DNA of 64,000 nucleotides, from positions 385,243 through 449,242 of the forward strand of contig CAZCME010000001.1 of the NCBI GenBank assembly GCA_964499705.1, in the 5' to 3' direction. Of the stretch, positions 62,201 through 64,000 are shown piece by piece; the stretch's first letter is position 1; each line of letters begins with the position of its first letter. This stretch comes from an uncultured bacterium. GTDB taxonomy: Bacteria > UBA8481. The notes under the pieces were generated by a model. It saw only the letters and a list, made by a program, of their open reading frames with translations, did not search any database and had not been told where the DNA came from. The translations under genes and the position numbers were made by a program.

Positions 62201-63772
62201 TTCGTCATTACCGAGCGTGTGCTGGAGCCAGCCGCCGAGCGCAAGCTGGCTGGGCCTCGGTCTTGAACGATTAATCCGCATATTCCCCATTTCACCGGCC
62301 AACCCGGGGACTGTCGAAAAGAAGTCGTCGATGTCCTTGATGCTGAGAAAGAAGCTTCTCTGCCTGCGGAGTCCGCTCATGTCCCAGTAGTTTTGGCTTT
62401 CGAAAGACCGCCGCATCTCCGATTCCAAGGGGCGGCGACGACTGAATCTTCTGTAAGGCCCAATCTGTTGATCGAGTGAAGAGAGAGCTGTGCTGACGCG
62501 GTAGTCAAAAAAGCTCCATACCTGCCACAGATGTTTGTACGCCTCGCCGTCATTTCCAAGTTCGAATTCGGAGACGGCTTTGCCGAGAAGAGCGGGAGCG
62601 GAAATCACTTCGTTAACATACCAAATCCGCGTGTCGGTCCCGATTATCTCCTCCGAGATGGAAAGCGCGCGATCGAATGCTTCGCGAGCGCCTTCGGCCA
62701 GACCTAGCTTGAGAAGTGAGTTGCCTCGCTGGCAGAAATAAGCAAACCTCGAGATGGTGTCAGAGCCTTTGAAGAAGCCGCTGGTCTCGATATCAGCCGC
62801 CTCGGGTTCCGACTTGTACGGCCTGTCTACCACCGCGACCGAATTACCGGAACTGGAACTGGAGGGATCCCAGTCATACCAATAACCTTCCGGAGAGGGT
62901 GAAGTGACCCAACGTTCGCCGTCGATCCAGTACTTGTACTGGTAGATCCCAGAACTCAGAACGACTGAGGTCTCCCACAGTCCATTGCCGTCGGGATCTT
63001 CCAGGGGCAGAGTGTGTTGATTCCAATTGTTGAACTCTCCGGCAAGATGCACGGAGACAGCGTGGGGTGCGAAGAGACGAAATGTATACCGGCCTGCCGC
63101 CAAGGTTGTCGGAGCTCGATGAAACTTCACGTTGCATATCGAACGACCATAGTCCAATGTTCGCTCGGCAAGCTCCAGATGCGAGAAAATCGGGTGAGAA
63201 TCCACCTCATACCAGCCGGAGGACACGTCCGGCATTTGAATGAACGCCTGAGAGTTGACCACGAATCGAAACCGGTACATTCCGGTCGGGAGCGCACGTT
63301 CTCCCCGCCATCGTTTTCCAACATGGTGAAGTGGAAACTCGTCGGGATCCCAATTATTGAAATCCCCTATGACGGATACACGCGTCGCGCCGATTATATC
63401 TTCTATCTGGAAAACGGCGTTTACGGAGGGGGCCGCCTCGTCGGGAACGAGAATCACGGAATTTCCATTCTTGATCGGCGCACTGGGATCGGTTACCCAG
63501 ATCCATTCATCCATCGGCCCGTCACCGTTCAATACGAACTTGTATTCGTATTCCCTGCCCGGTTCGAGATTCATCGTCGTTCGCCAGACGCCTGTCTCGA
63601 CGAGCGCCATCGGAACTTCCGGATTCCAGGAATTAAAGGTGCCTCGCAGAGCAACGATCCGGCCCGGTTTCACCTCGGAAATCGTTTCCCGGTATTCGAA
63701 TGTGACTTCAGTTGCGTGGGCATCGTGCGCGAGGAAAAGAAGAAATGTGAAAAGCAGGGCGGCTCGATTCAT
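59282..63772 (-). CDS. Large secreted multidomain protein: three CBM48/AMPK-type glycogen-binding domains, TPR repeats, transglutaminase-like domain
   Basis: Signal peptide from ATG 63772 (MNRAALLFTFLLFLAHDAHA); three G.FN.W...YxF/YKY motifs; TPRs; GDCDD / GHIL / VETT. Confidence 0.85.
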   Translation of the reverse strand: MNRAALLFTFLLFLAHDAHATEVTFEYRETISEVKPGRIVALRGTFNSWNPEVPMALVETGVWRTTMNLEPGREYEYKFVLNGDGPMDEWIWVTDPSAPIKNGNSVILVPDEAAPSVNAVFQIEDIIGATRVSVIGDFNNWDPDEFPLHHVGKRWRGERALPTGMYRFRFVVNSQAFIQMPDVSSGWYEVDSHPIFSHLELAERTLDYGRSICNVKFHRAPTTLAAGRYTFRLFAPHAVSVHLAGEFNNWNQHTLPLEDPDGNGLWETSVVLSSGIYQYKYWIDGERWVTSPSPEGYWYDWDPSSSSSGNSVAVVDRPYKSEPEAADIETSGFFKGSDTISRFAYFCQRGNSLLKLGLAEGAREAFDRALSISEEIIGTDTRIWYVNEVISAPALLGKAVSEFELGNDGEAYKHLWQVWSFFDYRVSTALSSLDQQIGPYRRFSRRRPLESEMRRSFESQNYWDMSGLRRQRSFFLSIKDIDDFFSTVPGLAGEMGNMRINRSRPRPSQLALGGWLQHTLGNDEKAMLFFRKALEEAPDNADIHYYQGLLHRDRGETEAARREFQEAVALNPDGEFSRFFLENPVVRHGSGNVPGIYFAGLRQKGNRLRHLGQSEGVRDILADRIGGTGLTRFVTPDDVSDYAIEQGLAMASIEASAKLQTDFARDRNVPLAAALKIAYEGPSINCILFLAPVADMLAADPLGEYSEIAYSTDSTSRLFHSGPNEYFRIEWNDTARSIVSQARARLGPVNDLVSRRFIGETPWGSMGFSAGQALTEIPQDSVLIVEEENRARNDFLVEIMRQNNVPTDEKASFRATWIRTGSFQRLVTDLLARSGETNVEMPASNMLTENYWMEARPGKWVEVVQFRVQGRDRLTDMADRVRDEILKHLPIEAEILSADNGEIFFKIGQDQGVTAGTHLEHVRPARDIKDAATGEIFHIDAKADARFRLTDVYPRLSRAEVLDIDRSVTLQPGFRARLVRGRDDEALTREAGRLSIHSITMDPIFPAVAATGAVVGRIEIRNTDSLAISNMKVSIMIPGFMDLPSEVVVERVLPDASLTLHLNPVFNEAFLRNDRDQVRQAKISVIWEFRRQKYSEERVVPVRILGRNAMTWQNKEMVGAFVNPQEPAIVSFRSQIFSRPDTALFPFMDPALSKAVVLFEAMKNIHYVSDPNAPYIGTDTARWAIDYVQLPAETLDRGTGDCDDLAVLYSTLLEAVGVPTRFLLTPGHILVQFKTDIDAGEWEKIGLPHDDVFLHDGKVWLAVETTLSDGGFLRAVSRGAREARGNVENHLRLADAWRLCRPAALPSPRDIVADWQTAWSGYRDRTSELRVRQDAVIRQLFEDPLAQHPRDTELRKAYGAFLWSLGRFDGAESQWLRVGEIPESEGEMKLYLAVLAMRRGNNAVATALLRTAAAAMPGDYRPSLNLARLYAKANRISEARQAFERAVVLRSDLRALEREIFGSEATSRSGDVPLWQLMSVSRAGGAAGSESAGDSW

Positions 63773-64000
63773 TCTTTCACCGTGATGACGGAGTTGAAGC
63801 CTCCGTAGCCATCCGGGAGCCGCTCGGGGTTTCCGGGGTCGGGAAACCATTCATCGTCCTGGATGAACTTGTAGGTATATCGACCGGGGCGAAGTGGCAC
63901 TCGAATTGTCCACTGTTCAGTCTGAGCATCGAATTGCATCGGCCATTTTTTCCAGTCGTTGAACTGGCCCGCGATATAGACACGACTGTCTTTGTCTTCG
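63769..64000 (-). CDS. 3' end of a gene encoding a C-terminal CBM48/AMPK-type glycogen-binding domain (truncated by window edge)
   Basis: Manual translation from 63999: EDKDSRVYIAGQFNDWKKWPMQFD...LRPGRYTYKFIQDDEWFPDPGNPERLPDGYGGFNSVITVKE*; stop overlaps the next ATG (ATGA); absent from the supplied ORF track. Confidence 0.85.
   Translation of the reverse strand, partial: EDKDSRVYIAGQFNDWKKWPMQFDAQTEQWTIRVPLRPGRYTYKFIQDDEWFPDPGNPERLPDGYGGFNSVITVKE

Noticed and set aside
63777-63983. 68-aa ORF in the supplied track and the extended start at 63850
   Set aside because: The true coding frame here is the CBM48-encoding frame ending at 63769; the downstream gene most plausibly starts at ATG 63772

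Overview
GC-rich, densely coding bacterial DNA; the beta-barrel and lipoprotein genes point to a diderm cell. No rRNA, tRNA, CRISPR array, integrase or transposase was recognised. From left to right: (1) 63-15435, six co-oriented genes for exported proteins of unknown function: a protein with a nucleotidyltransferase-like motif, a FecR/NTF2-like/beta-helix protein, an outer-membrane beta-barrel, an NTF2-like lipoprotein and two giant helical proteins. This is the best candidate for an undescribed system. (2) ACT-domain malic enzyme, a CPBP protease and a split DUF4331 pair with a TPR protein. (3) Response regulator, dnaK and degP/htrA. (4) An eight-gene MoxR/DUF58/vWA operon led by a TPR lipoprotein and a caspase-fold/DUF3857/transglutaminase fusion. 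(5) A radical SAM gene divergent from an approximately 18 kb respiratory gene run in which narC-narGHJI-narK-narK continues directly into an alternative complex III (actABCDEF) with no oxidase genes. (6) A large secreted CBM48x3/TPR/transglutaminase protein and the end of another CBM48 gene at the window edge. All family assignments come from motifs recognised by eye; no database search was run.
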